A stretch of 64,000 nucleotides of DNA from Candidatus Kaiserbacteria bacterium (GTDB taxonomy: Bacteria; Patescibacteriota; Minisyncoccia; Phycocordibacterales; UBA918), in the NCBI GenBank assembly GCA_020428795.1, contig JAGQME010000002.1:3374-67373 (forward strand), in the 5' to 3' direction. Positions 1 through 10,151 of this stretch are shown here, in pieces. The translations under genes were made by a program, and so were the position numbers. A model generated the notes under the pieces. That model was not told the origin of the DNA, searched no databases, and saw only the letters and a list, made by a program, of their open reading frames with translations. Numbering within the stretch: the first letter of the stretch is position 1; each line of letters opens with the position of its first letter.

Positions 1-2486
1 TCGCTGGTCACTTCGCTACTATTGTCTATATTTAGTTTCACCACTACATCGATGTCTTCATCTATAGTGGTTAGAGATGTAGCATCAACCCCAAAGACAG
101 CGCTTCTGGCAATCTGTGAAATTGTTAAAGCATTTAGACCAAAAGCAGCGGCCTTGTCACGGTCAAGTTCTAAGACATATTCAGTATTGTTATTGTTAGT
201 GCTGGTTTCAACATTGGTGACATGGGGCACAGACTTAAATATTTCAGCCGATTGATTACCAAGCTCAGTTAGCTCGGTCAAATCATCACCTAAGAATTTA
301 ACAATAATAGCAGCTCCGGTTGGTGGACCATCACTAAGTTGATTTATAGAAACCTTAACATCACGAATATCGGCAGTTTTGCTACGCAATCTCTCGACAA
401 TTTCCGTGCTGGTCTCTTTTCTGTCGTCAGATAGAGTAATGAAGATGTTAGCTAATTTTTCACCAGTCCCACCACCGCCATACTGGTTGCCACTACCAAC
501 AGTGACCACGTAAGACTCTATATCGTTTTCAGTATAGAGAACCTCTTCGACTCGTCTCACCGCAATATCGGTCACTTCTTTTGTGGTTCCTTCTGAGTTT
601 TCTATTTCAACAATTACATATTCGATGTCACCAGTTTCGAAAAATACCACTTTTACTAAATTGAAAGAAGGTAATACTGTGAAGGCTAAAACACCAGCCA
701 CTCCTACACTAAGAGCTGTAGTGATAAGCCAAAGGAATACATTTTTAAATAAACCGGAATTATGAGTGTCCAGATACTTATATCGCCATAAATAAGTCAC
801 GTATATCAATACTCCAGCCACAATACCAGCCAATGCATTAATAGTGGTGAATATCGCAACAAATAAACCAGCGTTTAGCAGAGCGATAAACTGCCACTGT
901 TTTTCTTTGCTGTAGATATAGGGAGTTAGCTTAGCCTTATACCATGTCTCAAGCCGGTGAGCATACTCTACTTGCATCTTTTCCATCTTGGTCTGACTCC
1001 GTCTTTTTAGAAAATTAGAAGCCAATAGCGGAATTATCGCTAAGGACACAAACATGGAAGCAAAGAGTAGGAAGATCAGAGTGAATGGAATACTAGCAAT
1101 AAATTGACCAATAACACCTGAAACAATGAACAGGCCAGCAAACATGGCTACTGTTGTTAAAGTACCTGATATCAATGGGGCGCTAAACTCCTTGATGGTT
1201 TCAATTGAAGCTTGTTTCTTGTCGATGGTTGGATAATCTTTCATTTTTCGATTGATTCCTTCAACCATAACAATGGCTGAGTCAACCAAAATACCAATTC
1301 CTAATATTAACGAGAAAAGGCTTAGGAAGTTGATGGTGTTGCCAGAAAAATACAGACCGATAAAACCAAACAAAAATGACAGAGGAATGGCGGTACCAGC
1401 CAATAATCCTTCTCGCCAACCAATCGCAATCACCAAAAGCAAGACAACTAATACGACGGTTTGAATACCCGAGGTTGATAGTCTGATTAGATCTGATTCG
1501 ATATCAGCTCCAGCATCAAGAATAGTTTTGCTTTTTACGTTATCCAAAATACCACCTGGTTCTTTCATTTCTTCAATCCTTGTATTAACCAGCTTGGCAA
1601 TAGTGGTTATGTCACCGCCAGTTTGCTTATAGACATCGAGTGATATGGAGTGACCAGATGGCTGTCCATCTAGACTCAAACGGGAAATAGATTTAGCCGG
1701 AGCTAATCCGTCAACCACTGTTGCCACGTCTCTTATGTAAACAGGCTGGCCACCCCTGGTTACGATGCCGATGTTAGCAATTTGCGAGGTGTCAGTGATA
1801 TCACCTTCAAAAGCCACGTTGTAGGAAACACCATCGTTAACAATCTGACCAATTGGGAAAGCAATATTAGCGTTTCTAATAGCCGAAGTTACCTCGGAAA
1901 TTGATAATTGGTAACGAAGTAAAGACGTTTGATCGATTATAATCGTAACTTCTCTGTCACGGACACCGCTGGTCACTACTCTAGATACACCAGAAAGTTC
2001 CTCCAGTTCACGTTCGACGTTTTTAGCCAAAGCGGTGAAGGCAAAGTCACTTATGTCAGCCGAAAGGGCAATCGTCATAATCGGCTGGTCAACAAAGTTA
2101 ACCTCACCTACAAACGGATCTTCAGCCTCGCTAGGTAAATCCTGCTTTATTTTATCGACTTGATCCTTCAAGTCCTGTATGGATGAGTCAATATCTGCGC
2201 TGGCTTCAAATTCAACTGTGATAGCTGACACCCCCTCGCTAGAATTAGAAGTTATCTTCTTTACATTCTCTAATGAAGTTAGACCTCTTTCTATTTCGTT
2301 AGTTATTAGAGACTCCACGTCGGCAGCTGGAGCACCAGGCAAAACGGTGGTAACAATTCCGACCGGTATTATCACTTCCGGAGCTGATTCTTTTGGTATT
2401 ATCAATACTGAATAAGTACCAAGTGAAATTAAAGCCGCTAAGAACAAGTATGAAAACTTGTTATTTTTAATAAAAAATTCCCACAT
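1..2486 (-). CDS. RND efflux transporter permease (AcrB/AcrD/AcrF family), C-terminal part truncated by the window edge
   Basis: The reverse complement from an ATG at 2486 reads MWEFFIKNNKFSYLFLAALISLGTYSVL..., an open frame down to position 1 with no stop. It is absent from the ORF track because it is incomplete in this window. TM-rich segments alternate with large periplasmic loops typical of HAE1 RND pumps. It sits 1 nt downstream of the HlyD-type adaptor on the same strand. Confidence 0.8.
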   Translation of the reverse strand, partial: MWEFFIKNNKFSYLFLAALISLGTYSVLIIPKESAPEVIIPVGIVTTVLPGAPAADVESLITNEIERGLTSLENVKKITSNSSEGVSAITVEFEASADIDSSIQDLKDQVDKIKQDLPSEAEDPFVGEVNFVDQPIMTIALSADISDFAFTALAKNVERELEELSGVSRVVTSGVRDREVTIIIDQTSLLRYQLSISEVTSAIRNANIAFPIGQIVNDGVSYNVAFEGDITDTSQIANIGIVTRGGQPVYIRDVATVVDGLAPAKSISRLSLDGQPSGHSISLDVYKQTGGDITTIAKLVNTRIEEMKEPGGILDNVKSKTILDAGADIESDLIRLSTSGIQTVVLVVLLLVIAIGWREGLLAGTAIPLSFLFGFIGLYFSGNTINFLSLFSLILGIGILVDSAIVMVEGINRKMKDYPTIDKKQASIETIKEFSAPLISGTLTTVAMFAGLFIVSGVIGQFIASIPFTLIFLLFASMFVSLAIIPLLASNFLKRRSQTKMEKMQVEYAHRLETWYKAKLTPYIYSKEKQWQFIALLNAGLFVAIFTTINALAGIVAGVLIYVTYLWRYKYLDTHNSGLFKNVFLWLITTALSVGVAGVLAFTVLPSFNLVKVVFFETGDIEYVIVEIENSEGTTKEVTDIAVRRVEEVLYTENDIESYVVTVGSGNQYGGGGTGEKLANIFITLSDDRKETSTEIVERLRSKTADIRDVKVSINQLSDGPPTGAAIIVKFLGDDLTELTELGNQSAEIFKSVPHVTNVETSTNNNNTEYVLELDRDKAAAFGLNALTISQIARSAVFGVDATSLTTIDEDIDVVVKLNIDNSSEVTS

Positions 2487-2487
2487 A

Positions 2488-4032
2488 CTAGTTGTTGTTA
2501 ATAGCTTCTACCTTTTGGCCGGCGACCAAACCTCTAGCATCAACGACGATTACATCCTCCTTGTTGACACCGCTGGTTATGGTCACATTTCCACCCACTA
2601 TCGGACCAACCTGGACTGATCTCGATACCAAGACACCTTCTTCAGATATGGTAAAGATGGAACCATCAGTGGCTGAAAACTTAACCGCAGTAATCGGTAT
2701 CAAAATTGGTGATTCCGGCTTTTCTAACAAGACCTCTTTGTTTAGTGAAACACTAGCGGTGTTACCGGTGGTTAGATCAGATGATTCAGTGGCTATTTTG
2801 ACCTCTGATTTAAGAGTGATCGGGTCAACGGCTGGAGCCACATTTGTAACTATTCCTTTTTGGGTCTCATTTATAACAACTTCATCACCAATGGCTATCG
2901 ACATCAAATCTTGCTCTCCGACAAAAATAGATATTTCTTGGGCATTATTATTAGCTACCTCGGCCACTGGGGCTGACTGGGAAATGTAGTCACCAGCTTT
3001 CACCTGAAGGGAATTGATAGTCCCAGCAATTGGTGTTCTGATGATAGTTTTGTTCAGCTGTGCCTCCGCCGCCCTTAAGGTACCAAGCGCCTGTTTAACC
3101 TGAGCTGATGACACTGAAATCGTACCATTAGTAGCCGCTATATTGGCACGAACCAGAGCTTCTTCAGCGTTACTAAGGTTAGACTTGGCGGTTCTGACGC
3201 TTTGAATCAATGAGTTTAAAGTAGACCGATCCGCAATAAGTGAAGTGGTATAACTAGCCACACTGACTCCTTCCAATACAGAAGTATCCTCGTTTGAGGT
3301 AATCTCAATAAAAACATCCAACATAGCCTGTTGTCTTAATAGCAAGGTTTCGGCTTCTGAAAGAAGACCAGGCAGGTCACTTTCTGTATTAGACATATCT
3401 AACTTTTTCTTAAACTCCGGCAATAGAGACTGAAAAGCAATTCTTTCGTTTCTAAGATGTGCAGTGTTACCTTTTCCGCTAATTCTCAGACCTGGCAGAC
3501 TAGTTTCTGGACCAGAGAAAAATTGATCAATTTGGGTAAGTAAAATATTGTTTAAAGTAGCATAAGCATTATTAGCCATGGCTAATGAAGCATTCTGAGC
3601 TTCCAATAAAGCGATTTCACTACTTCTAACACCACTACTATTTTGTTCAGAGTTGGCCAGAGCCGCTTCGTAAGCTCCTTCGGCCTGCAACACACTGGCT
3701 CTTTGAGCCGCATTTTCAAGCTGGGCAATTATAGTTCCAGCCGGCACATTTTGGCCAATAGACACCGGTACCGAAACCACTCGTCCGCTAGCTTCAGCCT
3801 CCAAGCTGGCCTGAGTAATGGCTTCAACGGTACCAATAAAATTCAAAGAAGAACCACTACTTAATGATGACACCGTAGACACCTTTACTTGCTTAATGTC
3901 AGTCTGAACTTCTTCGATTGAATTTGATTCACGAAAAAAACTAAATACCGCTACAATGGCCAATATAAATATCGTAAAGGCCACTAATCTGACATTTCTT
4001 TTTCCGTACCAACTGTATAATTTTTGTATCAT
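2488..4032 (-). CDS. HlyD-family periplasmic adaptor (membrane fusion) subunit for the RND pump
   Basis: 514 aa with an N-terminal TM anchor (VAFTIFILAIVAVFSFF), long coiled-coil/alanine-rich segments and a C-terminal beta-barrel-like region. It is in an operon with the RND permease. Confidence 0.75.
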   Translation of the reverse strand: MIQKLYSWYGKRNVRLVAFTIFILAIVAVFSFFRESNSIEEVQTDIKQVKVSTVSSLSSGSSLNFIGTVEAITQASLEAEASGRVVSVPVSIGQNVPAGTIIAQLENAAQRASVLQAEGAYEAALANSEQNSSGVRSSEIALLEAQNASLAMANNAYATLNNILLTQIDQFFSGPETSLPGLRISGKGNTAHLRNERIAFQSLLPEFKKKLDMSNTESDLPGLLSEAETLLLRQQAMLDVFIEITSNEDTSVLEGVSVASYTTSLIADRSTLNSLIQSVRTAKSNLSNAEEALVRANIAATNGTISVSSAQVKQALGTLRAAEAQLNKTIIRTPIAGTINSLQVKAGDYISQSAPVAEVANNNAQEISIFVGEQDLMSIAIGDEVVINETQKGIVTNVAPAVDPITLKSEVKIATESSDLTTGNTASVSLNKEVLLEKPESPILIPITAVKFSATDGSIFTISEEGVLVSRSVQVGPIVGGNVTITSGVNKEDVIVVDARGLVAGQKVEAINNN

Positions 4033-4166
4033 ATGAATCTATTTATTAAAGCGTTAAAATATCACAAAATATTTGTTCTGTCAACTAAAATCAGCTTATT
4101 CTTAGCCAATCCAGGTTCTACCTTAATGGTTTTTGCTTCTGATAAAAGATGCTACAATAGCCCTCT

Positions 4167-4478
4167 ATGTTTGGAAAAATCAAAAATTATGCGATGAAAA
4201 AGTTGTTGGATAAACAGCTAAAAAATGTACCAGCTGATCAAAGAGAGATGATCATGACCATGGTGGAAAAAGACCCAGCCTTATTTGAAAAAATTGCCAA
4301 AGAATTACAGGAAGAAACTAAGAAAGGTGGTAATCAAATGAACGCTGCTATGAAAGTGTTGCCTAAATACCAGAAAGAGATTATGGCCATCATGAGTCCC
4401 GAAATGAAGGAAAAACTAATGAAGCAACAGATGGGTACCCAAGGGCAATTTAATCCCAACGGCAGTATTAAAAGATAG
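4167..4478 (+). CDS. hypothetical small Lys/Met-rich protein
   Basis: 103-aa ORF downstream of a TACAAT -10-like element. There is no recognisable domain. Confidence 0.4.
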   Translation: MFGKIKNYAMKKLLDKQLKNVPADQREMIMTMVEKDPALFEKIAKELQEETKKGGNQMNAAMKVLPKYQKEIMAIMSPEMKEKLMKQQMGTQGQFNPNGSIKR

Positions 4479-4515
4479 TTAACCACATACAAAATCGAGT
4501 GGCTTTGATAATGAC

Positions 4516-5112
4516 ATGTATAATAACTTATACATGCAGAAAAAAATTTTAATTATTCTTGGTCACACTGATAAAGAAACTTACAGTGGAGCCATGGCTG
4601 ACCATTACCAAGCCGGAGCGGAAGAAGCTGGTCATGAGGTAGTGAGGGTAAACATCGGTGACTTAGAATTTGATCCCATTCTCCATAAGGGTTACAAAGA
4701 AATTCAACAGCTCGAACCCGATCTAATCAAACTACAAGAGACTTTTACTTGGGCTGACCATGTAGTAATAGTTTACCCAAACTGGTGGTGCACTATGCCA
4801 GCTATATTGAAAGGTCTATTTGATAGAATCTGGATACCAGGTTTTGCTTTTAATTTTGATAAAAAAACGAAGAAAGTCATCCAGCGACTTAAGGGTAAGA
4901 CAGCCAGAGTCATTATTGTGGCCGGTTCTCACAGCCCGTTTAAGACTTGGTGGATGTTTGGTGATTATACTAACGAAATTCAACACGGAGTTCTAGGTTT
5001 TGCCGGTCTTGAAACCGCTGTTTCTGCCTTTGGACCGTGTGAAAGAGTGACTGATGAGACTAGGTCTAAATGGCTAAAAAAGATAGAGTTATTAGGACGA
5101 ACCGGCGTTTAG
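4516..5112 (+). CDS. flavodoxin-like fold NAD(P)H dehydrogenase (quinone) family protein
   Basis: The KKILIILGH..ETYSGAMADHY N-terminus and VVIVYPNWWCTMPAILKGLFDRI match Flavodoxin_2/MdaB/YrkL-type signatures. The start may be the internal Met at 4534. Confidence 0.6.
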   Translation: MYNNLYMQKKILIILGHTDKETYSGAMADHYQAGAEEAGHEVVRVNIGDLEFDPILHKGYKEIQQLEPDLIKLQETFTWADHVVIVYPNWWCTMPAILKGLFDRIWIPGFAFNFDKKTKKVIQRLKGKTARVIIVAGSHSPFKTWWMFGDYTNEIQHGVLGFAGLETAVSAFGPCERVTDETRSKWLKKIELLGRTGV

Positions 5113-5248
5113 GCAGTTTTTAGGATACCAATTTAGTAACACCAACAAGAGATAGCCTGATTATTTAGGTGTTTATCTGTAATTTTGATATTTTACGCAT
5201 TGTAAATGATGATATAATTTTAGATATTAATTCAGGACCCATTTAGTT

Positions 5249-5926
5249 ATGAACAAGCAAATATATATAGGAGTAGGTGTAGTAGTAGTTTTGGCGGTGG
5301 CTGGTTTTATTTTCATCAATCAGTCTAATAAAGATGGTGCCCAAGCACTTTCCCAGACAACCAATGAAAATTCTGAGCAAAATTCGGCTGAAGATCAGAT
5401 GGAAAATAAAGAGACTGGTCTAAGCAATTTCAGAGCCTTAATGACAGCCGGCGGTAGTCAGCGTTGTGAGTTTAGCACCGATGCCCTAGATAGTGAACAC
5501 AAATCAAACGGTGTAGCCTATATCTCAAGCGACAAAATAAGAGTCGAGAGTCAGGTGATGTACGATGAGGCGGAGTATGAATCATCATTTCTTGATAACG
5601 GAGAGGAAATTTACGCTTGGGGTCAAACTCCCGACGGTGAGTTTGCTATAAAAATGTCCAAATCTGATATAGATGATTATTCAGAATATTATCCAACCGA
5701 TAATGGTTTTGATTATGATGAAGATGTTGAGTACGAATGTGTAAGTTGGACTGAAGTAGGATCCTTGTTTACTCCACCAAACAATGTTGAGTTTATGGAT
5801 ACCGCCAAAATGTTTGAAGACATTGGCGCCATGCAAAGCAGTATGGGTGTTGATGGTTATGACGGTCAAAACGCCGACATCGAAGCCTTACTACAGTACG
5901 ACAGTGTTGATCCAGTGGCTGAATAG
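5249..5926 (+). CDS. hypothetical membrane-anchored acidic protein
   Basis: N-terminal TM helix (IYIGVGVVVVLAVAGFIFI) followed by a strongly acidic D/E-rich soluble region. Confidence 0.5.
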   Translation: MNKQIYIGVGVVVVLAVAGFIFINQSNKDGAQALSQTTNENSEQNSAEDQMENKETGLSNFRALMTAGGSQRCEFSTDALDSEHKSNGVAYISSDKIRVESQVMYDEAEYESSFLDNGEEIYAWGQTPDGEFAIKMSKSDIDDYSEYYPTDNGFDYDEDVEYECVSWTEVGSLFTPPNNVEFMDTAKMFEDIGAMQSSMGVDGYDGQNADIEALLQYDSVDPVAE

Positions 5927-6051
5927 CAGGGTTACTCATTCAGAATTTAGAATTGTCCATAGCTTATAAAATAAGCCTAAACCGTTTAGGTCTAGAGTAA
6001 CATAGTAAAACCCTTTATTTAAGGTAATATTTTTGTTAATCTTCTACACAT

Positions 6052-7152
6052 ATGTCACTATCAGTCGGAATCGTAGGCTTGCCAAACGTTGGTAAATCAA
6101 CCCTATTTAATGCGCTTACCAAAAAATCAGTAGCGATGGAGAATTATCCATTTTGTACAATCGATCCTTCGGTAGGGGTAGTAGCCGTCCCCGATGGCAG
6201 ATTGCAGACCTTAGCAAGCATCTCTGGTTCTGAGCAAATATTACCAGCGGCGGTTGAGTTTGTAGATATTGCTGGTTTGGTTAAGGGTGCCTCAGCCGGT
6301 GAGGGATTAGGAAATAAATTTTTGGCCAACATTCGGGAAACAGATATGATAGTCGAAGTGGTTCGTATTTTTGAGGACGATGATGTACACCATGTCTCTG
6401 GCCTAGTAGATCCACTGGCCGACATTGAGATAATAAATCTAGAATTAATATTTGCTGACCTTGAAACTGTAAAGAAAAGACTAAATGGTCTGGAAAAAGA
6501 TGTGAAGCGAGGTGATAAATCAGCCATTAGTGAGAAGTTATGTTTAGAGAAAATACTGGTGGTTTTGGAAGTCGGAAAATTAGCTAATACAGTTGACCTT
6601 AATGCTGAGGAAAAAAAGATAGTTTCCGGTTTACATCTTTTGACCATGAAACCATTTTTGTATGTTTGTAACAAAAAAGCCGGCGCTAGAAACCTAGACG
6701 AAACAGACGACGATCGCTGGCGAGACTTAACTCAATACTTCGAGGATACGAACATGGATTACATCGTCCTAGACGCTGGTGTTGAACACGAACTGAAAGA
6801 TCTAGATGGCGATGAAAAAAATGAATTCAGAAGAGAGTACGGATCACAAGACGCTGGTGTAGACTCATTAATAAGAGCTTGTTACACCAGACTAGGTCTA
6901 ATGTCATATTTTACCACCGGTGAAAAAGAAACCCGAGCTTGGACAGTGCCAATTGGCAGCACCGGTCCGGAGGCCGGTGGTGCAATCCATACTGACTTTG
7001 TAAAAAAATACATTCGAGCTCAAGTTGTCACTTTTGATGACTTGGTTGAATGTGGCTCAATTAAGCAGGCTAGGGAAGAGGGGAAGCTTAGGTTTGAAGG
7101 TAAAGAATATATAGTTAAAGACGGTGACGTAATTGAGTTTATGCACTCATAG
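6052..7152 (+). CDS. ychF: ribosome-binding ATPase YchF
   Basis: GIVGLPNVGKSTLFNALT P-loop, NYPFCTIDP, and a C-terminal TGS domain. Confidence 0.9.
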   Translation: MSLSVGIVGLPNVGKSTLFNALTKKSVAMENYPFCTIDPSVGVVAVPDGRLQTLASISGSEQILPAAVEFVDIAGLVKGASAGEGLGNKFLANIRETDMIVEVVRIFEDDDVHHVSGLVDPLADIEIINLELIFADLETVKKRLNGLEKDVKRGDKSAISEKLCLEKILVVLEVGKLANTVDLNAEEKKIVSGLHLLTMKPFLYVCNKKAGARNLDETDDDRWRDLTQYFEDTNMDYIVLDAGVEHELKDLDGDEKNEFRREYGSQDAGVDSLIRACYTRLGLMSYFTTGEKETRAWTVPIGSTGPEAGGAIHTDFVKKYIRAQVVTFDDLVECGSIKQAREEGKLRFEGKEYIVKDGDVIEFMHS

Positions 7153-7167
7153 ATAAATCAGTCAGTT

Positions 7168-7530
7168 ATGAGCAAGCCACATTTTCGCAAAAAAGAAACT
7201 CATGAAAAATACCAAAATCTTATTAAAAATGGCTATATCAATGACGGATGTCGCTTATGCAAAATGGATGGTTTGACTTCATTTAAATATTGGAATATTA
7301 CCGAGAACGACTTTCCCTATGATGCTATTGCTAAAACACACCACATGTTGTGCATTAAGCGACATGTAGACGAAAATCAGATCACAAATGAAGAATGGCG
7401 AGAATTGAAAACCATTAAAAATAGCAAAGACTTAGAGCGGTATACTTTTATTTTTGAGACCCTGCCCCATCGAAAAAGTATTCCAAATCACTTTCATCTA
7501 CATCTAATTGAAGCTCTTGATGTAATCTAA
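7168..7530 (+). CDS. HIT-family (histidine triad) protein
   Basis: C-terminal HFHLHLIE matches the HxHxHxx triad. There is an N-terminal CxxC. Confidence 0.5.
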   Translation: MSKPHFRKKETHEKYQNLIKNGYINDGCRLCKMDGLTSFKYWNITENDFPYDAIAKTHHMLCIKRHVDENQITNEEWRELKTIKNSKDLERYTFIFETLPHRKSIPNHFHLHLIEALDVI

Positions 7531-7832
7531 CTACCTTCACTTGGTGGATTGGCTCTTTGTACTGGACTAAGGACATTGGGGTCCCATTTAGCTTCTATTT
7601 TGTGGTGTTTTTCCTCAAAATTCTTTATTTCATGTTCCAGATACTCATGTAGTCGTTTGGCGTGCTCGGGTGTTAAGGCGTAAATATTTGACTGCGAGCC
7701 TGAGCTTAGTCCAACCACGAAATATTCAGGCGAAAAACCAACTCTAATATTTTCACAAAATAATTTCGGCGCATTTTTTAAATCTTCTTGTTTCATATTT
7801 ATATGGTACATTGTATTTAATGAAAAATCCAA
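7527..7832 (-). CDS. hypothetical protein
   Basis: 101-aa ORF divergent from the HD-domain gene. No confident domain is seen, though it weakly resembles DUF3467. Confidence 0.4.
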   Translation of the reverse strand: MDFSLNTMYHINMKQEDLKNAPKLFCENIRVGFSPEYFVVGLSSGSQSNIYALTPEHAKRLHEYLEHEIKNFEEKHHKIEAKWDPNVLSPVQRANPPSEGS

Positions 7833-8404
7833 ATCAAAAAATATCAGACTTTCTATTTGAAGTGGGGACTATGCGTCGTTTACAAAGAATGCACAGACAA
7901 ACTCTTTTGGTTGAAGACTCATCAGATACGATTGCTTCTCACTCTTACCGAGTGACACTGATCGGTTGGCATTTAGCCAAGTTGGAAGGAGCTGATCCCT
8001 ATAAGGTGGTTATGATGTGTTTATTGCACGATCTTGGTGAGATCCGTAGTAATGACCACAACTGGGTACACAAACGCTACACCAAAGTCTTTGACGACGA
8101 GATCAACAAAGATCAACTTGGTGACATGCCATTTACAGACCTATACGATATTGTCGAAGAGTATGAATTAAGAGAAAGCCGTGAATCAATATTGGCTAAA
8201 GACGCCGATGTAATTGACCAAATTCTTTTGCTTAGGGAGTATGAATGGCAGGGAAGTGTTGAAGCTAAAAAATGGCTCTATCGTGATGAGCTTAGGCATA
8301 TAGATCAAATCAAGTCAAAGGCCGGAAAAGAATTAGGTCGCACACTGTACCAGCGTGATCCTTCAGCTTGGTGGCAAGATTTGTCTACTAATATCAATCG
8401 TTAA
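7811..8404 (+). CDS. HD-domain phosphohydrolase (YfbR-like 5'-deoxynucleotidase family)
   Basis: SHSYRV..(H) and LLHDLGEIRSNDHN (HD motif), then a downstream Asp. The start is probably the internal Met near 7820. Confidence 0.7.
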   Translation: MYLMKNPNQKISDFLFEVGTMRRLQRMHRQTLLVEDSSDTIASHSYRVTLIGWHLAKLEGADPYKVVMMCLLHDLGEIRSNDHNWVHKRYTKVFDDEINKDQLGDMPFTDLYDIVEEYELRESRESILAKDADVIDQILLLREYEWQGSVEAKKWLYRDELRHIDQIKSKAGKELGRTLYQRDPSAWWQDLSTNINR

Positions 8405-8531
8405 AAGTAGCGAAAAATCAACCAGGCTTAAAGACCAGTTTAAGCTTTAGACATTTTTAGGGACAAGATCACTACTTTTTATTGGCACAAAGTGGTTTAC
8501 AATAGAAAAATTAGTAGCATACTTAGAGTAT

Positions 8532-9428
8532 ATGGAACAAACAGCAAAAAACTTTGCCCTGCAACTAGGGGCCATCATAACTTTGTACGTAACAATTACA
8601 TCGTTAATAGTTTTACTATTTAATATTATTAATATTCTTATCCCAGATGTCGCCGACTACCGTTGGCAGCTTGAAAACTCCATGTCTGGCATCCGCTTTT
8701 CAATTGCCACCTTGGTGGTTTTTATGCCAGCCTATTTAACTCTTACCAGAATAGTAAATAAGGCTAGACGAGAAACTGATCGTGCTTACCTTAACCTAAC
8801 CAAGTGGCTAATCTATCTATCGCTATTGGCTGGTGGTTTGGTTTTGCTAGGAAACTTTGTCGCCACTGTCTATACCTTTTTAAACGGAGAAATAACTTTG
8901 CGGTTTATCCTAAAGGCCTTGTCTTTGTTTATCGTAGTTGGAGCGGCCGTCTTATACTACTGGTTAGATGCTAAACACTATTGGCAGAAAAAAGAGCGTC
9001 TTTCTATTTACTACGGAATCTTGGTCGCCACTGTCTCAATAGTAGCGATGATCGTTGGCTACACTCAGATTGACACACCAAGCATGGTCCGAGAGATGAA
9101 GATTGATCAAAATCAAATCACTGATTTGCAAAATATACAATGGAAAATCGAAGAATACATACGTAATGAAGATAGATTGCCAGAGTCTATCAATGAAGCT
9201 TACGGCTCACTTAAAGCGCCAGTAGCCAGTGATGGTCGCTCTGATTATATCTACCGTGTATCTGATAAAGGATTTGAACTATGTGCTGAATTTAAATCAG
9301 AATCGGGTAACAATAGTTACACCAGACCATACTTCGATGAAAAACTAGTCATACAAGACCCTGACAATTGGGATTATGTAAGTGGTGAATTTTGCTTTGA
9401 GAGAGTGGTAAATATCGAAAATGAGTAA
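8532..9428 (+). CDS. hypothetical multi-pass membrane protein
   Basis: Four to five hydrophobic helices in the first ~170 aa, then a soluble C-terminal domain. Confidence 0.5.
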   Translation: MEQTAKNFALQLGAIITLYVTITSLIVLLFNIINILIPDVADYRWQLENSMSGIRFSIATLVVFMPAYLTLTRIVNKARRETDRAYLNLTKWLIYLSLLAGGLVLLGNFVATVYTFLNGEITLRFILKALSLFIVVGAAVLYYWLDAKHYWQKKERLSIYYGILVATVSIVAMIVGYTQIDTPSMVREMKIDQNQITDLQNIQWKIEEYIRNEDRLPESINEAYGSLKAPVASDGRSDYIYRVSDKGFELCAEFKSESGNNSYTRPYFDEKLVIQDPDNWDYVSGEFCFERVVNIENE

Positions 9429-10044
9429 TAAGTATTTAATTTTTGATTTTGACGGTGTAATTGGCGACACTTGGGAAACCGTTATTTTGGCCCATATCAA
9501 AAAGGGCAACCGATCCAACCGTCAAGAAGCTATAGCTGAAATGAATAGCTATTTTAGTAAAAAGCCACACCATACTAAAACACACTCCTTGTCTGAAACT
9601 GAATTAGCAAATGAATATAAATGGACTAGTGAATTTGGTAGTATTATGCACGAAATCGGAGTAACCCTATTTGATGACTTCGTGAAAGAGATTGAATTAT
9701 TACCCACAAAGTACAAAGCGGTAGTCTCAAGTGGTTCCCAGAATTACGTATCGCCGGCCTTAGCTAAAACTAATATAAATCCAACCCACATACTAGCTTT
9801 TGAAGACCATCACTCAAAAGAAGAAAAGATCCAACTAGTCGCCAAAGACTGGGACGCTGAATTGTCTGAGATTTACTATTTTACTGACACTCTGGCTGAC
9901 ATTTATGAGCTAAGAGACATTATTAGCACCAATAGATTAATCGGTGTTAGTTGGGGATTCTGTTCAAAAGAACAATTACTCACCGAATTAGCCGAGGAGA
10001 ATATTCTAAATAGTCCAAGTGAATTAGCTGTTAAACTTAAATAG
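9421..10044 (+). CDS. HAD-superfamily hydrolase
   Basis: N-terminal FDFDGVIGDTWET is HAD motif I (DxDGT/V). Confidence 0.6.
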   Translation: MSNKYLIFDFDGVIGDTWETVILAHIKKGNRSNRQEAIAEMNSYFSKKPHHTKTHSLSETELANEYKWTSEFGSIMHEIGVTLFDDFVKEIELLPTKYKAVVSSGSQNYVSPALAKTNINPTHILAFEDHHSKEEKIQLVAKDWDAELSEIYYFTDTLADIYELRDIISTNRLIGVSWGFCSKEQLLTELAEENILNSPSELAVKLK

Positions 10045-10085
10045 TTGGACGAATATTCAATCAGTGCAGATAAATACTATCAACT

Positions 10086-10113
10086 TTGACTATTAAGGGA
10101 TATACGGCATAAT
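10086..10113 (+). promoter_or_regulatory. putative sigma70-type promoter for leuS (TTGACT-N16-CATAAT)
   Basis: Hexamers read directly about 40 nt upstream of the leuS ATG. Confidence 0.35.
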
Positions 10114-10151
10114 GTAAATTCGTTTAAAACACTTAACAGACTACGATTTAT

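Noticed and set aside
22-2415. Five plus-strand ORFs of 60-78 aa in the first 2.4 kb
   Set aside because: All lie antisense to the long uninterrupted minus-strand RND-permease frame and have no domain features. They are overprinted noise.
2492-2989. 165-aa plus-strand ORF
   Set aside because: Entirely antisense within the HlyD-family adaptor gene. It is low-complexity Ser/Thr/Pro-rich.
6144-6674. 176-aa minus-strand ORF
   Set aside because: Antisense inside ychF, which has unambiguous GTPase motifs.
10045-10151. T-box leader upstream of leuS
   Set aside because: The spacer is only ~105 nt with no specifier-loop or antiterminator T-box sequence. It is too short for a T-box.
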